This document shows, one piece after another, positions 10,009 through 20,737 of a stretch of DNA of 43,527 nt. The notes beneath the pieces were generated by a model. The model was not told the origin of the DNA. It was given only the letters and a program-made list of their open reading frames with translations, and searched no databases. The translations under genes and the position numbers were made by a program. Positions within the stretch are counted from its first letter, which is position 1; each line of letters starts with the position of its first letter. The stretch spans positions 1 to 43,527 of the forward strand of contig JAIXPT010000440.1 in assembly GCA_027486095.1 (NCBI GenBank), read 5' to 3'. Source of the stretch: Planctomycetaceae bacterium. GTDB taxonomy: Bacteria > Planctomycetota > Planctomycetia > Pirellulales > UBA1268.

Positions 10009-10512
10009 GTGTCCGGAAACCTGCCGCAGGATGGCGGTCGTTGGGTTCGATTCGTCGTCGCGGCGACGATCTTGGTCGGTGTGGTCGGGTGCGGCACCTC
10101 GGGCCCAGACACCCAGGCCGTTCAAGGGACCGTCACCATCGACGGCGCACCGCTCGAAGGCGCCACGGTCTATTTTTCACCGACGGGTTCGGGAGGCGCG
10201 CCGGCAGCGGGACAGACCGGATCCGGTGGAGTCTTCCGCCTGACGACGGTGGTCGCCGGAGCGCGGGGTGGCGGTGGGGCGGTGGCGGGCGACTATGCTG
10301 TGGTGATCCAAAAACGCGAGATGCCGGCCGTGGCCGAACTCTCCACGGATGATCCGCGCTACGGCGGCGACCGGCCCTCCACGGAGTCATCGAAGGCGAT
10401 CAAGGAGCTCGTGCCGGTGGTCTACGGCGATGCCAAGACATCGCCCCTCCAGGCGACCGTAAAAAAAGGCGTGAATGCGTTCACGTTCGAGATCGAATCG
10501 AAGGGGAAATGA
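10009..10512 (+). CDS. Lipoprotein with carboxypeptidase-regulatory-like fold (usual DUF1559 partner)
   Basis: GTG start after GGAGG; lipobox VVGC; VQGTVTIDGAPLEGATVYF...GAVAGDYAV...VPVVY...SPL...GVNAFTFEI. Confidence 0.85.
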   Translation: MSGNLPQDGGRWVRFVVAATILVGVVGCGTSGPDTQAVQGTVTIDGAPLEGATVYFSPTGSGGAPAAGQTGSGGVFRLTTVVAGARGGGGAVAGDYAVVIQKREMPAVAELSTDDPRYGGDRPSTESSKAIKELVPVVYGDAKTSPLQATVKKGVNAFTFEIESKGK

Positions 10513-12803
10513 CCCGCAGTGTCTGGAAGCGATGGATGTGCTGGGGCGGGCCGCGAGCAGCCCGCGGAGCGTCGGGAGGCCATGCACTGCCGACCACGAT
10601 GTTCGTCGCCTGCCTCGCGATATTCGTGATCGCAGGCGAAGCGGTTGCGGCGGAGGAATGGATCGACTCGCAGGGTGCCCGCCTCATCGTGCATGCCGAC
10701 GATGGCCGCTGGCTCTCGCTTCGCTGCGAGCCTGGCGGCAGAACCCAAACGATCGCAGAGCCCATGGTCGTCGATGTCGATGGCGACCGCATCGGCGGAC
10801 GATACGAGCAGGCTGTCGTCAAGGATGGGGAGCTGCGCTGCGAAGGATCGCTGCGGAGCCGCCGTGGCACGACGTTCATCTTTCGCGACCGGTATCGCCC
10901 CACGTCGCGACATGCCTTCGACATGGAGCGTGAGGTCGAGGTCGCTGAGGTCAATGCCGGCGACACCGCCTTCAACAGCCTGTTTCAGATCGACCTGGGG
11001 CGGGAGGCTGCCTTCGGCGGGCACGACTATTTCGTGCCGGGATTGTGGTATCGGACGAATTTCTCGCTGCCCGTCGCCGGATTGCTGGCGTCGGATCCGA
11101 ACGACCGGTATTTCCTGTTTCGGGAGGATCGGCTGCCCTTGCCGGTGGTGGCGGCCCGCGACCGCGAGCGTGGCGACACGGTGACGCTCACGCATGTGCA
11201 GGCCGATCCGACCACGTTTGCCGGTGATCAGGGGCCCGATCGCGTTATTGATGAGCGGCTCCAGTTCGGATCGTTGGGCGTGATTCGCCACGACCGGCTT
11301 GCGCTGGCGTTCATGTTTCCCGGTTCGGAGGGTGAAAAGACGCGGGCACCGGGCGCCAAGAAAAAGGGATGGGCGCTACGGAGCCACCCGGTACGGGCCG
11401 GCTTTTTGCACCGTTATCGACTGATGCTGAGCGCGACGACGACTGCCGCCTATCGCGATGCGGTCGAGCATGCCTGGAAGCAGGCGTTCGCCCGCTATCA
11501 ACCGAAACTGCGGCGGGTCGATCTGCCGCGCGCCTGCGCCGGGCTCATCGAAACGCTCGACCACTATTTCGTGGGAAAGTCGGATGGCTACGACGCACCG
11601 GGCTTTCCCTTTTCCGTCTACCTGCCGGGTGGTGATGTCCGGGCCTACAACTACCAGATGGGATTCGTCGGTCGGCAGATCCCGAATGCCTTCTTTCTGA
11701 TCCACGAGGGCATCGCCCACTCGCGGAACGACTGGCGTGCCAAGGGCACGGCGATCGTCAATTTTTGGGCGCAGGCAAGCCTGTGTGCGGACGGCTGGCC
11801 ACGCACCTGGTACGACCCTGCCCGCGAGCCGGGCAAGAAAGGCCGCTGGCGACCCAGCGACAACCGGCATGGCGGCATGGCGATGCGCGTCGCCGCCACG
11901 GGGATGGAGGGGATGCTGTCGGCCTGGCTGGCGATGCGGGATGTGCAGAACGATCGGCCGGCGTGGCTCGGGGCGTGCCGCCGATTCGGCGACTGGCTCG
12001 TGAGCAATCAGAATGAAGACGGCAGCTTCTTTCTCGCCTATGGCCCGCTGAACGCCGAAGGCCGACGTGAGCCGACGGAGGCGAGCAAGGCTGCGAGTAG
12101 CAACCCGATCCGGTTTCTCGTCGCGCTGTACCACGCCACCGACGACGAGCGGTATCTGCAGGCAGCCCGGAGTGCCGGTGAATACTGCCTCGAGCACTCC
12201 CATCAGCCCTACTTTTACGCCGGCAGCGTCGTCGATAACCCGGTGACTCCCGACCGGGAATCGGGCCAAGAGGCCATGTCCGCGTATCTGGCGCTCCGCG
12301 ACGCCACGAAAGAGAAGCGCTGGCTGGACGCCGCCGTGCAGGCTGCGCGTTACACCGAAACGTGGATGATGGCCTACGAAGTGCCGGCGATCCCCGACGG
12401 CCCGCCGGGCTTCCCCGCCGACCGCAGCATCGTCGGCCAGACGGTGATCGCCACCGGCCATTCGGCTGCAGATCTCGGGCTCGCGTTTTCCGCCTACGAC
12501 TACTATCGGCTCTATCTCTTCACGGGCGACGAGCACTTCTTGGACATCGCCCGGCTCTTGCTGCACAACACCAAGCAATCGCTGAACTGGGACGGCTCGC
12601 TCTATCCGGATCTCCCGCGGGGACTGCAGCTCGAGGCGTTCTCGGTGACCATGCCCCGGCGGAAAGGCGTGATGGAATGCCTGAGCTGGAACTACGCGGC
12701 CCACCTCGATCCGTTGATGAGGCTCAAAGATCGCTTCGGCGACATCGACCTCGACATCATCGAGAAACTGCCCATTGATGAACGCCGCAAGCTCAACGAA
12801 TGA
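10509..12803 (+). CDS. Secreted hypothetical protein; C-terminal half resembles an (alpha/alpha) barrel glycosidase-like fold
   Basis: 764-aa ORF with signal-like MFVACLAIFVIAGEAVAA. Helix-hairpin motifs LYHATDDERYLQAA, ATKEKRWLDAA, LYLFTGDEHFLDIA; NQNEDGSF. True start may be downstream. Confidence 0.65.
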   Translation: MTRSVWKRWMCWGGPRAARGASGGHALPTTMFVACLAIFVIAGEAVAAEEWIDSQGARLIVHADDGRWLSLRCEPGGRTQTIAEPMVVDVDGDRIGGRYEQAVVKDGELRCEGSLRSRRGTTFIFRDRYRPTSRHAFDMEREVEVAEVNAGDTAFNSLFQIDLGREAAFGGHDYFVPGLWYRTNFSLPVAGLLASDPNDRYFLFREDRLPLPVVAARDRERGDTVTLTHVQADPTTFAGDQGPDRVIDERLQFGSLGVIRHDRLALAFMFPGSEGEKTRAPGAKKKGWALRSHPVRAGFLHRYRLMLSATTTAAYRDAVEHAWKQAFARYQPKLRRVDLPRACAGLIETLDHYFVGKSDGYDAPGFPFSVYLPGGDVRAYNYQMGFVGRQIPNAFFLIHEGIAHSRNDWRAKGTAIVNFWAQASLCADGWPRTWYDPAREPGKKGRWRPSDNRHGGMAMRVAATGMEGMLSAWLAMRDVQNDRPAWLGACRRFGDWLVSNQNEDGSFFLAYGPLNAEGRREPTEASKAASSNPIRFLVALYHATDDERYLQAARSAGEYCLEHSHQPYFYAGSVVDNPVTPDRESGQEAMSAYLALRDATKEKRWLDAAVQAARYTETWMMAYEVPAIPDGPPGFPADRSIVGQTVIATGHSAADLGLAFSAYDYYRLYLFTGDEHFLDIARLLLHNTKQSLNWDGSLYPDLPRGLQLEAFSVTMPRRKGVMECLSWNYAAHLDPLMRLKDRFGDIDLDIIEKLPIDERRKLNE

Positions 12804-12823
12804 CCGCCCCTGAGCGGCGGCGA

Positions 12824-14662
12824 TCAGCGCACGAGCCCGGCGTCTTCGTGCATCTTCCGGAGCGCTTCCGCCGGAATCTTCAGCACCTTGCGGTCGTAGG
12901 TCAACAAGCCGTTGATCTCACTTTCCACGTCGGTCGTCTGCGTGTAGACCCCGGCACTCACGCCCTTTTGCCGAAGTTCACCCAGCAGGCGGATCGACTC
13001 GCCGTAGCGGGCTTTGAACTCCTCCATGTCCTTCGGCATGCCGCCATACACGAAGTACTGCGCGTTTTCGTCCATCACATGCCCCGAAACCTTCCAGCCG
13101 TGGCCGCCGAATTCGCCGACCACCTTCACGAAGGCGTCGTAGGCGGGGATGTGGAAGGGAAACACCGGATGTGGATAGCTGTGCATGTCGGCGATGTGAC
13201 CCACCGGAAAGAAGTTGCCGCCGCTGGCGATGTTCACGAGTCGGGATGGGTCATATTCGGTCGTCCAGGTGCCGACTTCGACGGTGCGATGCTGCCCCCA
13301 GGCCTCGTTGAAGGGCGTCCAAATGACGATGCACGGGTGTGATCCGAGCTGATCGATCATCCCGCGCAGCCCGTCCATCCAGAGCGCGTGCGCCTCGTCG
13401 GGCCACTCTGCGTCTTTCGGGTCGTCGGGGGCGGGGCGGTTGGCCTCCTTGTTGCGCTCGGGATCGAGCCAATGCCACTTCGGGTTCGGCCCGCCTGAAA
13501 CCTGATCCTGCCAGACGAGCATGCCCAGCCGGTCGCAGAGGTGGTAATAGCGCCGCGGCTCCACCTTGATGTGCTTCCGCACCATGTTGAAGCCCGACTG
13601 TTTGAGGAAGTTCAGTTCAAACAGCATCGCCTCTTCGGAAGGAGGCGTCAGCAGCCCGTCCGGCCACCAGCCCTGATCCAGTGGCCCCAGGTGAAACACC
13701 TCCTGGCCGTTGAGCGTGAATCGCCACTGTCCATCGGCATCCTTCACGCGGCCGACTTCCCGAATGCCGGTGTAGGAGGTGACCCGGTCCAACGTGTTTC
13801 CCTGGGCATCGCGCAACTCCACTTCAAGGTCGTAGAGCGTCGGCTCGGCCGGCGTCCACAGCCGCGGGTTGGCCACCGTCAGCGTGTCGCTCCCCTCGGC
13901 CACGAGCGCTCCATCGAGGAGCAGGCGGGCATGGATCGTGCCGGCGCCGACGATGTCGGGCCGGAGGCGGACGGTGCCATCCACCGACGTGGAAATCTGC
14001 AACGCCCGGATGAAGTTTTCCGGCACCTCCTCCAGCCATACCGTCTGCCAGATGCCGGAACACCGGTGGTAGAAGATTCCCTTCGGGCTCAGGCTCTGCT
14101 TGCCCACCAACTGGTAGGAATAGCGGGCGTTCGTGCGATCGATGACCTTGACGACGATCTCGTTGGAGCCCGTCTTCACGAGCGAGGAAATGTCGAAGCT
14201 GAAGGCCAGGGTGCCGCCCGTATGGTCGCCCGCCTCCTTGCCGTTGACCCACACCTGGGTGCGGTAATCGACCGCCTCGAAATGGAGCAGGAGCCGATCC
14301 TGCGGCGGGGCTTTCAGGTCGAACGTGCGCCGATACCACAGGGCTTCGTTGGGCTTGAGATCCCGGCCGACGCCGGACAGCGGAGCCTCGATCGCGAAGG
14401 GCACGAGAATCTCGCCGGCCCAGGGGCCGGCGGCAGTGGCGGAGTCCGGCGTGATCGCATACTGCCATAGCCCGTTGAGGTTTTGCCAACGCTCGCGCAC
14501 GAGTTGCGGCCGTGGATAGTGCGTCCAGGCATCCTGCGGCGTCAGTTTCTCGCCCCAGGGTGTCATGAGCGGGGAAGGAGCAGGCTGCCAGGCGAGAACG
14601 GGCGCACCGCCCAGGGATGCGAGGGCGATGGCCGCACATGCGGCTCTGAGAAATGCTTGCAT
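12824..14662 (-). CDS. Glycoside hydrolase family 2 (secreted)
   Basis: YPRPQL, LNGLW, ILVPF.IE..LSG, HFEAVD, SGIWQTVWLE, GPLDQGWWPDG, FNMVRKHIKVEP, CDRLGMLVWQD, PFNEAWGQ, GEFGG, YTQTTDVE. Confidence 0.92.
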   Translation of the reverse strand: MQAFLRAACAAIALASLGGAPVLAWQPAPSPLMTPWGEKLTPQDAWTHYPRPQLVRERWQNLNGLWQYAITPDSATAAGPWAGEILVPFAIEAPLSGVGRDLKPNEALWYRRTFDLKAPPQDRLLLHFEAVDYRTQVWVNGKEAGDHTGGTLAFSFDISSLVKTGSNEIVVKVIDRTNARYSYQLVGKQSLSPKGIFYHRCSGIWQTVWLEEVPENFIRALQISTSVDGTVRLRPDIVGAGTIHARLLLDGALVAEGSDTLTVANPRLWTPAEPTLYDLEVELRDAQGNTLDRVTSYTGIREVGRVKDADGQWRFTLNGQEVFHLGPLDQGWWPDGLLTPPSEEAMLFELNFLKQSGFNMVRKHIKVEPRRYYHLCDRLGMLVWQDQVSGGPNPKWHWLDPERNKEANRPAPDDPKDAEWPDEAHALWMDGLRGMIDQLGSHPCIVIWTPFNEAWGQHRTVEVGTWTTEYDPSRLVNIASGGNFFPVGHIADMHSYPHPVFPFHIPAYDAFVKVVGEFGGHGWKVSGHVMDENAQYFVYGGMPKDMEEFKARYGESIRLLGELRQKGVSAGVYTQTTDVESEINGLLTYDRKVLKIPAEALRKMHEDAGLVR

Positions 14663-14713
14663 GGTTGTCACCAGGGGTGAAAAGGGCATGTGGAAGGAGA
14701 GAAGCCGGAGGAC

Positions 14714-15694
14714 TCAGGGGGTGCCGTAACCGTGGGGATGCTTTTGATGCCATCGCCAGGCAGACGCGATGATCTCGCGCAGGCCGGGGTAGCGGGGCTT
14801 CCAGCCGAGCTCGGCCTGGATCTTGCTGCTGGCAGCCACGAGGGCCGCGGGATCGCCGGCACGTCGCGGTTGCACGTGCGCCGGAATCGGATGCCCGGTG
14901 ATCTCCCGGGCGGTGTCGATCACCTGCCGGACCGAAAAACCGGAGCCGTTGCCCAGGTTGTAGGTGCGGCTGCCGGAATCGAGCGCTTCGACCGCCAGAA
15001 TGTGCGCGTGGGCGAGATCGAGGACGTGGATGTAGTCGCGGACGCACGTGCCATCCGGCGTCGGATAGTCGTCTCCGAAGATCGCGATCGAAGCGCGTTT
15101 CCCGAGCGCCACCTGCAAGACCAGCGGGATCAGGTGCATCTCCGGATCATGGTCTTCCCCACGCTCCTCCGAAGCCCCGGCCGCGTTGAAATACCGCAGG
15201 CATGCAAACCGCAGGCCGTGCGTTTTCCCGAGCCAGTGCAGGGCCCGCTCCAGAAAGTGCTTCCCTTCGCCATATGGGCTACCGGGAGTGATGCACGCGG
15301 TCTCCGCGATGGGCTGCGACTCGGGCTCGTCGAACAGGTTGGCCGTCGAGCTGAGGATGAAGCGGGGCACACCCGCATCGACCATCGCCTCGAGGAGGTT
15401 GAGCCCGTTCGACACGTTCTCATGCAGGTATTTGAACGGCCGCTGCATCGATTCGCCGACCAACGAATACGAGGCGAAATGCATCACGGCATCGGGGCGA
15501 TGCCGCGTGAGGGCGGCGGTGATCGTGGTGCGGGCGGCCAGATCTCCCTCGATGAAGGCAGCTTGGGGGTGCACCGCGGCGCGGTGCCCCTGATACAAGT
15601 TGTCGAACACGACCACGTCGTGACCCCGGGCCACGAGCTGCTCGACGGTGACGCTGCCGATGTAACCGGCTCCGCCGGTGACGAAGATCTTCAT
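14714..15694 (-). CDS. galE: UDP-glucose 4-epimerase
   Basis: [23 protein letters not shown] (YxxxK), [20 protein letters not shown]. Confidence 0.96.
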   Translation of the reverse strand: MKIFVTGGAGYIGSVTVEQLVARGHDVVVFDNLYQGHRAAVHPQAAFIEGDLAARTTITAALTRHRPDAVMHFASYSLVGESMQRPFKYLHENVSNGLNLLEAMVDAGVPRFILSSTANLFDEPESQPIAETACITPGSPYGEGKHFLERALHWLGKTHGLRFACLRYFNAAGASEERGEDHDPEMHLIPLVLQVALGKRASIAIFGDDYPTPDGTCVRDYIHVLDLAHAHILAVEALDSGSRTYNLGNGSGFSVRQVIDTAREITGHPIPAHVQPRRAGDPAALVAASSKIQAELGWKPRYPGLREIIASAWRWHQKHPHGYGTP

Positions 15695-16737
15695 GGGGCA
15701 ACGTCGAGGTGGTGGATGTCGGAGCAGGCCCGCAGCCGCTCGGCGGCATGTTCAGGCGTGATGTCGCGCTGCGATTCGCCGAGCATCTCGTAGCCGACCA
15801 TGAATTTCTTGATCGTGGCAGACCGCAGGAGCGGGGGATAGAAGTGGGCGTGCAGCTGCCACCAGCCCTGCGAGCCGGCGGTGGCCGGTGCCGCATGCCA
15901 GCCCATCGAATAGGGAAAGTCGCACGCAAAGAGATTGTCGTATCGGGCGAGCAGGCTCTTGAGGATCTCGGCCAGGGTCGTGCGCTCATCGGCCGTCAGA
16001 TCCGCGAGCGTGGCGATGTGCCGCCGGAGCGGCATGAGGAGGATCTCGTAGGGCCACACCGCCCACCACGGCACGACCGCCACCCAATCGGCGTTGCCGA
16101 ATACGACACGGTCGCCGCGGCTCGCTTCCAGCTGCGCGTAGTCCAGCAAGAGCACGCTGTCGTGAGTTTCCGTCCAGCGTCGTTGGGCGGCGTCTTCCTT
16201 CAAGCCCTCGTTGGGGATGAAGTCGCTGGCCCAGATTTGGCCGTGGGGATGGGGGTTTGAGCAGCCCATGGCCGCGCCCTTGTTCTCGAAGATCTGCACC
16301 CACGCATGCCGCTCGCCGAGCGAGCGGCTTTCGGCGATCCATGTGTCCACGACGCCCCGGATGGCGCCCACCGGCATCCGCGCGAGCGTCAGATCGTGCC
16401 GCGGCGAAAAACAGATCACCCGGCATTCGCCATGAACGGCCTGGCTCGCGAGGAGGTGGCCCCCGTCGGCATCGAGACCCCTTGCGGCGGCTATCTGTGG
16501 TGTCGGGAGCAGAGCGGCGAAATCATTGGCAAACACATACGTGCCCGTGTAGGGCGGATTGCGTTGCCCGCCCGCCCGCTCGTTGCCGGCGCACAGATAG
16601 CACGCGGCATCGTGCGGCGGGCGCTCTTCGCCTGCAGCCGCCTCGACCTTGCCCTGCCAGGGCCTCTCTGCACGGTGCGGCGAGACCAACACCCATTCAC
16701 CAGACAGACGGTTGAAGCGGCGATGCGGATGGTCCAT
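15691..16737 (-). CDS. galT: Galactose-1-phosphate uridylyltransferase
   Basis: [55 protein letters not shown]. Confidence 0.97.
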   Translation of the reverse strand: MDHPHRRFNRLSGEWVLVSPHRAERPWQGKVEAAAGEERPPHDAACYLCAGNERAGGQRNPPYTGTYVFANDFAALLPTPQIAAARGLDADGGHLLASQAVHGECRVICFSPRHDLTLARMPVGAIRGVVDTWIAESRSLGERHAWVQIFENKGAAMGCSNPHPHGQIWASDFIPNEGLKEDAAQRRWTETHDSVLLLDYAQLEASRGDRVVFGNADWVAVVPWWAVWPYEILLMPLRRHIATLADLTADERTTLAEILKSLLARYDNLFACDFPYSMGWHAAPATAGSQGWWQLHAHFYPPLLRSATIKKFMVGYEMLGESQRDITPEHAAERLRACSDIHHLDVAP

Positions 16738-16776
16738 GGAATCTCAGCCCACGAGAAGGCGTGCCTGCTTCAGTCG

Positions 16777-17901
16777 TCAACGGGTGCCGAAGCGAAACAC
16801 AGTCACGCTCTTCTTCACGTCACCGGGGCGTAGGATCGTGGAGGGAAAGTGTTTCTGGTTTGGGCTGTCCGGGAAATGCTGCGTTTCCAAACAGAAGCCG
16901 TTGCGGAAGCGATACGTCTCACCACGCTTGCCGGTGAGGGTGCCATCCAGGAAGTTGCCGCAGTAAAACTGGATCCCGGGTTCGGTGGTGAACACGTCCA
17001 TCGTGCGGCCGCTGCTCGGCTCACGGACGCTCGCCGCGAGTGCGAGCTGCCCGGTGGGGCCGTCCAAGACCCAGTTGTGGTCGTAGCCGCCGCCGAAAGC
17101 CAGCTGCTGGTCGGGATCATCGACCCGTGCCCCGATCGGCTGGGCGGTCGTGAAATCAAACGGCGTCCCTGCGACCGGCGCGAGCTCGCCAGTCGGGATC
17201 AGCCCCGCATCCACCGGCGTGTACTCCGCGGCGACGAGTTTCAATTCATGGCCGAGAATGTCACCCGTGCCCTCGCCGCGGAGATTGAAATACGAGTGCT
17301 GCGTGACGTTCACCGGAGTGGCCTTGTCGGCCCGCAGTTCGTAGCTGATCTGCCATTCGTTGGCGTCTGAAAGCAGGTAGGTGACGGTCGCCGAGAGGGC
17401 CCCGGGGTAGCCCTCTTCGCCATCCTTGCTCGTGTAGCGGAGCCTGAGGCCTTGGGCGCCATCCTGCACGATCCCCTCGCCGGCCCACACCACCTTGTCG
17501 AATCCGCGGAGCCCACCGTGGAGCGCGCACTTGATTCCGCCCGGAGCGTTGTTGAGCGCGAGTGAGTAGTCCTTGCCATCGAGGCTGAATTTCCCGCCGG
17601 CGATGCGGTTGCCATAGCGGCCGACGATGGCGCCGAAGTAAGGGGAATCCTTCTCGTAGTCGGCGAGCGTGCTGTATCCCAGCACCACGTCGGCACGCGT
17701 GCCGTTGCGATCCGGCACCTCGAGGCTCAGGATGATCCCGCCATAGGTCATCGCCCGCAGCCTGAGCCCCTGGGAATTCGTGAGCGTGTAGACCTCGACG
17801 GGCGTGCCATCGGCCGTCTTCCCGAACGGCTCGGGCTGGGGTGGTTCGACGGCGCGTGCGGTGGCACCAATGAGCATGAGGATGGCAAGGATTCGTTTCA
17901 T
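16777..17901 (-). CDS. galM: Aldose 1-epimerase (mutarotase) with signal peptide
   Basis: Start MKRILAILMLIGATARA at 17901; GRYGNRI, LHGG, EEGYPG, HSYFNL, GYDHN, CLETQHFPDSPN. Confidence 0.95.
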   Translation of the reverse strand: MKRILAILMLIGATARAVEPPQPEPFGKTADGTPVEVYTLTNSQGLRLRAMTYGGIILSLEVPDRNGTRADVVLGYSTLADYEKDSPYFGAIVGRYGNRIAGGKFSLDGKDYSLALNNAPGGIKCALHGGLRGFDKVVWAGEGIVQDGAQGLRLRYTSKDGEEGYPGALSATVTYLLSDANEWQISYELRADKATPVNVTQHSYFNLRGEGTGDILGHELKLVAAEYTPVDAGLIPTGELAPVAGTPFDFTTAQPIGARVDDPDQQLAFGGGYDHNWVLDGPTGQLALAASVREPSSGRTMDVFTTEPGIQFYCGNFLDGTLTGKRGETYRFRNGFCLETQHFPDSPNQKHFPSTILRPGDVKKSVTVFRFGTR

Positions 17902-17921
17902 GGAAGTGGCTCCCGGGGGAC

Positions 17922-19520
17922 CTACCAGAACACGGCATAGAGCGCTGCCAAGACGCCCATCACGAGGACCGAGCCCACCGCGAAGCCGCCGCCGGGGCAG
18001 AAGTCGTCGCGGTCCCAGCGCAGGGCTTTGGTGTCGTCGCGCGTGCTGGCGGTGGCGAGGCTGATCGCGATCATGAGCGCGGTGAGAAGTAAAAAGACGT
18101 AGCCCATGCGATCGAGGAACGGCATGTCGGGCGTGAGATACTTGAATCCCGCCGAGAGGGGAATCGTGGCGAGTGCCACGGCCAACGCCGCCGGAGCGGT
18201 GGCCCCCGGCCAGAAGAAGCCGAGCAGGAAAATCACGCACACGCCGGGACTGATGAAGCCGGTGTATTCCTGGATGTATTGGATGGCCTGGTCGAATTTG
18301 CCAAGTTGCGGGGCCAACAAGACGGCGATCCCGCACGAAACCAGGATCGCGTAGCGGCCGACGCGGATCAGCGTTTCCTCGCGGGCCAGGGGGTTGAAAT
18401 ACCGCTTGTAGATATCGAGCGTGAAGATCGTGGCGATGCTGTTGGCCTTGCCGGCCAAGGAGGCCACGATCGCCGCGGTCAGGGCCGCGAACGACAGGCC
18501 CTTCAAGCCCGTCGGCAGGAGCGTGATCAAGGCTGAGTAGGCCTTGTCGGGCTTCACCGTGCCGGCGGCGTCGAGTATTTCGGTGCGGAACAAACCTTTT
18601 TGATGGAGCACAAACACCGCGATTCCCGGCACGACCACGATCAGCGGCATGAGCACCTTCATCGCGGCGGCAAAGAGAATGCCTGCTCGCGCCGTCTTGA
18701 GATCGGCCCCGAGCGCCCGCTGGGTGATGTATTGATTGCATCCCCAGTAGCTGATGTTCGCGATCCACATGCCCCCGAACACGGCGCCGAGCCCAGGCAG
18801 GTCTTTGTAGTGCGGATTCGCCTTGTCGAGAATCATGTGGAAGTGCCCCGGGGCCTGTTCACGGAGGAGCAGAAGCCCCGCCACAACGCCCGCCTGCCCG
18901 AATTGCTGTGCGACCAGATCAAGCGCGATCACGGTCGTGGCCAGCCCGCCGAGCACCAGCACGACCACCTGGATCACGTCGGTGTAGCCGATGACCTTCA
19001 TGCCCCCGAGGGTGATGAGGATCGCGAAGATTGCGAGAAACAGCACGCTGGGCATGAATCCGAAGCCGGAGAGGTTCACCACCGTGAGGGCGCCGAGATA
19101 GAGGATGCTCGTGAGATTGATGAACACGTACACGAGCAGCCAGAACACCGCCATGATGGTGGCGACGAGCTGCCCATACCGCTGCTTGAGAAACTGCGGC
19201 ATCGTGAAGATCCGGTTTTTCAGGTACCCGGGAATCAGGAACAACGCCACGAGGATCAGTGTGGCGGCCCCGATCCACTCGTAGCCGGAAATCGCCAGCC
19301 CCAGCGCGAAGCCGGCCCCGCTCATGCCGATGAACTGCTCGGCCGAGATATTCGATGCGATGATCGAAGAGCCGATCGCCCACCAGGTGAGCGATCCTTC
19401 GGCAAGAAAGAAATCATCGGCCGACGACGATTCGTTTTTCTTGCGGTAGTAGATCCAGAGGCCGTAGCCCGCCACGACGACGAAATAGGCGAGAAAGACG
19501 AGAAAGTCTGCGGGATGCAT
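17922..19520 (-). CDS. Sodium:solute symporter (SSS) family sugar transporter, vSGLT-like
   Basis: FFLAEGSLTWWAIGSSIIASNISAEQFIGMSG, YWGCNQYITQRALG; about 14 hydrophobic segments; lies inside the gal operon. Confidence 0.93.
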   Translation of the reverse strand: MHPADFLVFLAYFVVVAGYGLWIYYRKKNESSSADDFFLAEGSLTWWAIGSSIIASNISAEQFIGMSGAGFALGLAISGYEWIGAATLILVALFLIPGYLKNRIFTMPQFLKQRYGQLVATIMAVFWLLVYVFINLTSILYLGALTVVNLSGFGFMPSVLFLAIFAILITLGGMKVIGYTDVIQVVVLVLGGLATTVIALDLVAQQFGQAGVVAGLLLLREQAPGHFHMILDKANPHYKDLPGLGAVFGGMWIANISYWGCNQYITQRALGADLKTARAGILFAAAMKVLMPLIVVVPGIAVFVLHQKGLFRTEILDAAGTVKPDKAYSALITLLPTGLKGLSFAALTAAIVASLAGKANSIATIFTLDIYKRYFNPLAREETLIRVGRYAILVSCGIAVLLAPQLGKFDQAIQYIQEYTGFISPGVCVIFLLGFFWPGATAPAALAVALATIPLSAGFKYLTPDMPFLDRMGYVFLLLTALMIAISLATASTRDDTKALRWDRDDFCPGGGFAVGSVLVMGVLAALYAVFW

Positions 19521-19554
19521 GAGGACCGGTGCCGGTGGCTGGAGAGGTAACCGA

Positions 19555-20706
19555 TCAGGAAATCGGGGTGGCCCCGCCCATCGGCCGCGTGACGAACGCG
19601 AGGGGATCGATGCCGGTGCGATCGCGATATTCCCGCTCGAAGTCTTTCAGGATCCGCGGTGCTTCGCTGCTCTCGACGAGCGCCACCGCGCAGCCCCCGA
19701 ACCCACCGCCCGTCATGCGGCAGCCGAAGACCCCGGGGATGTGTCGCGAAAGCTCAACGAGGAGATCGAGCTCCAGGCACGAGACTTCGTAGTCGGTAGC
19801 GAGCGACGCGTGGCTGCCATACATCTGCTCGCCGGCGGCCTGCCAATTACGGGCCTGGAGCGCGTCGACGAACGACAGCGTTCGCTCATGTTCTGTCACC
19901 ACATGCCTCGAGCGGCGGTGCTCGATGTCCGGCAGCGCATCTGCAAGCCGGCGCCACTCGGCGACGCCGAGATCGCGAAGGGAGCCCACCCCCATGAGCC
20001 GCGCAGCCGATACACACTCCGCGCGACGCTTCGCGTATTCGCCGTCGGCCAGGCTGTGCTTCACGCCGGTGTGGATCACGAGCAGGGCGACCTCATCGGC
20101 GGGCAAGGGCACGTGAACCATGTGCCGGGTTTGGCAGTCGAGCAAGAGGGCGTGGCCGGGCTTGGCGAAGGTCACGGCGAACTGGTCCATGATGCCGCAG
20201 GGCACGCCGGCGAATTCATGTTCCGCCCGCTGGCAAAGGAGCGCCTTGTCCTCGAGCGAAAGGGTTTTTCCGCAGAGCACCTCGATGGCCGTCGCGGTGC
20301 AGACCTCGAGCGCCGCGCTGCTCGAAAGCCCGGCTCCGGGCGGGAGCGTCGCCGAAATCCGGGCGTTGAACCCGGGGATCACCCAGCCGAGGCGTTGGAA
20401 GCCGGCCACGACACCGCCCGGATAGGCGGCCCACGATCCCCGCAGCGGCAGTGGCGCAAGCGGCCGATCCAGATCGACACTGATCTCCGGGTGATCGGTC
20501 CGATCGCTCTTGAGAACCATGAGCCGATCGGACCGACGCACGACGTCGCAGCGGACATGCCGGTCGATCGCCATCGGCAGCACGAGGCCGTCGTTGTAGT
20601 CGGTGTGTTCCCCGATCAGATTCACTCGCCCGGGTGCGACGACCGAGAACTCGGGCGGTGCGGAACGCCTCGGGGCGGTCGTCTCGGCGAGATCAGCTAT
20701 GCTCAT
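19555..20706 (-). CDS. galK: Galactokinase
   Basis: APGRVNLIGEHTDYN, GAGLSSSAALE, CGIMDQ, RMTGGGFGGC; start re-set to MSIADL at 20706. Confidence 0.96.
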   Translation of the reverse strand: MSIADLAETTAPRRSAPPEFSVVAPGRVNLIGEHTDYNDGLVLPMAIDRHVRCDVVRRSDRLMVLKSDRTDHPEISVDLDRPLAPLPLRGSWAAYPGGVVAGFQRLGWVIPGFNARISATLPPGAGLSSSAALEVCTATAIEVLCGKTLSLEDKALLCQRAEHEFAGVPCGIMDQFAVTFAKPGHALLLDCQTRHMVHVPLPADEVALLVIHTGVKHSLADGEYAKRRAECVSAARLMGVGSLRDLGVAEWRRLADALPDIEHRRSRHVVTEHERTLSFVDALQARNWQAAGEQMYGSHASLATDYEVSCLELDLLVELSRHIPGVFGCRMTGGGFGGCAVALVESSEAPRILKDFEREYRDRTGIDPLAFVTRPMGGATPIS

Positions 20707-20737
20707 CGATAGGCTCCTTCCCGCCACCCCCGGCCCG

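Noticed and set aside
10461-10467. A7 run in the lipoprotein gene as a phase-variation tract
   Set aside because: Short, in frame (Val-Lys-Lys), and the ORF is intact.
17902-18768. Apparent 290-aa N-terminal extension of GalM in the ORF track
   Set aside because: It overlaps the SSS gene out of frame; the real start with a signal peptide is at 17901.
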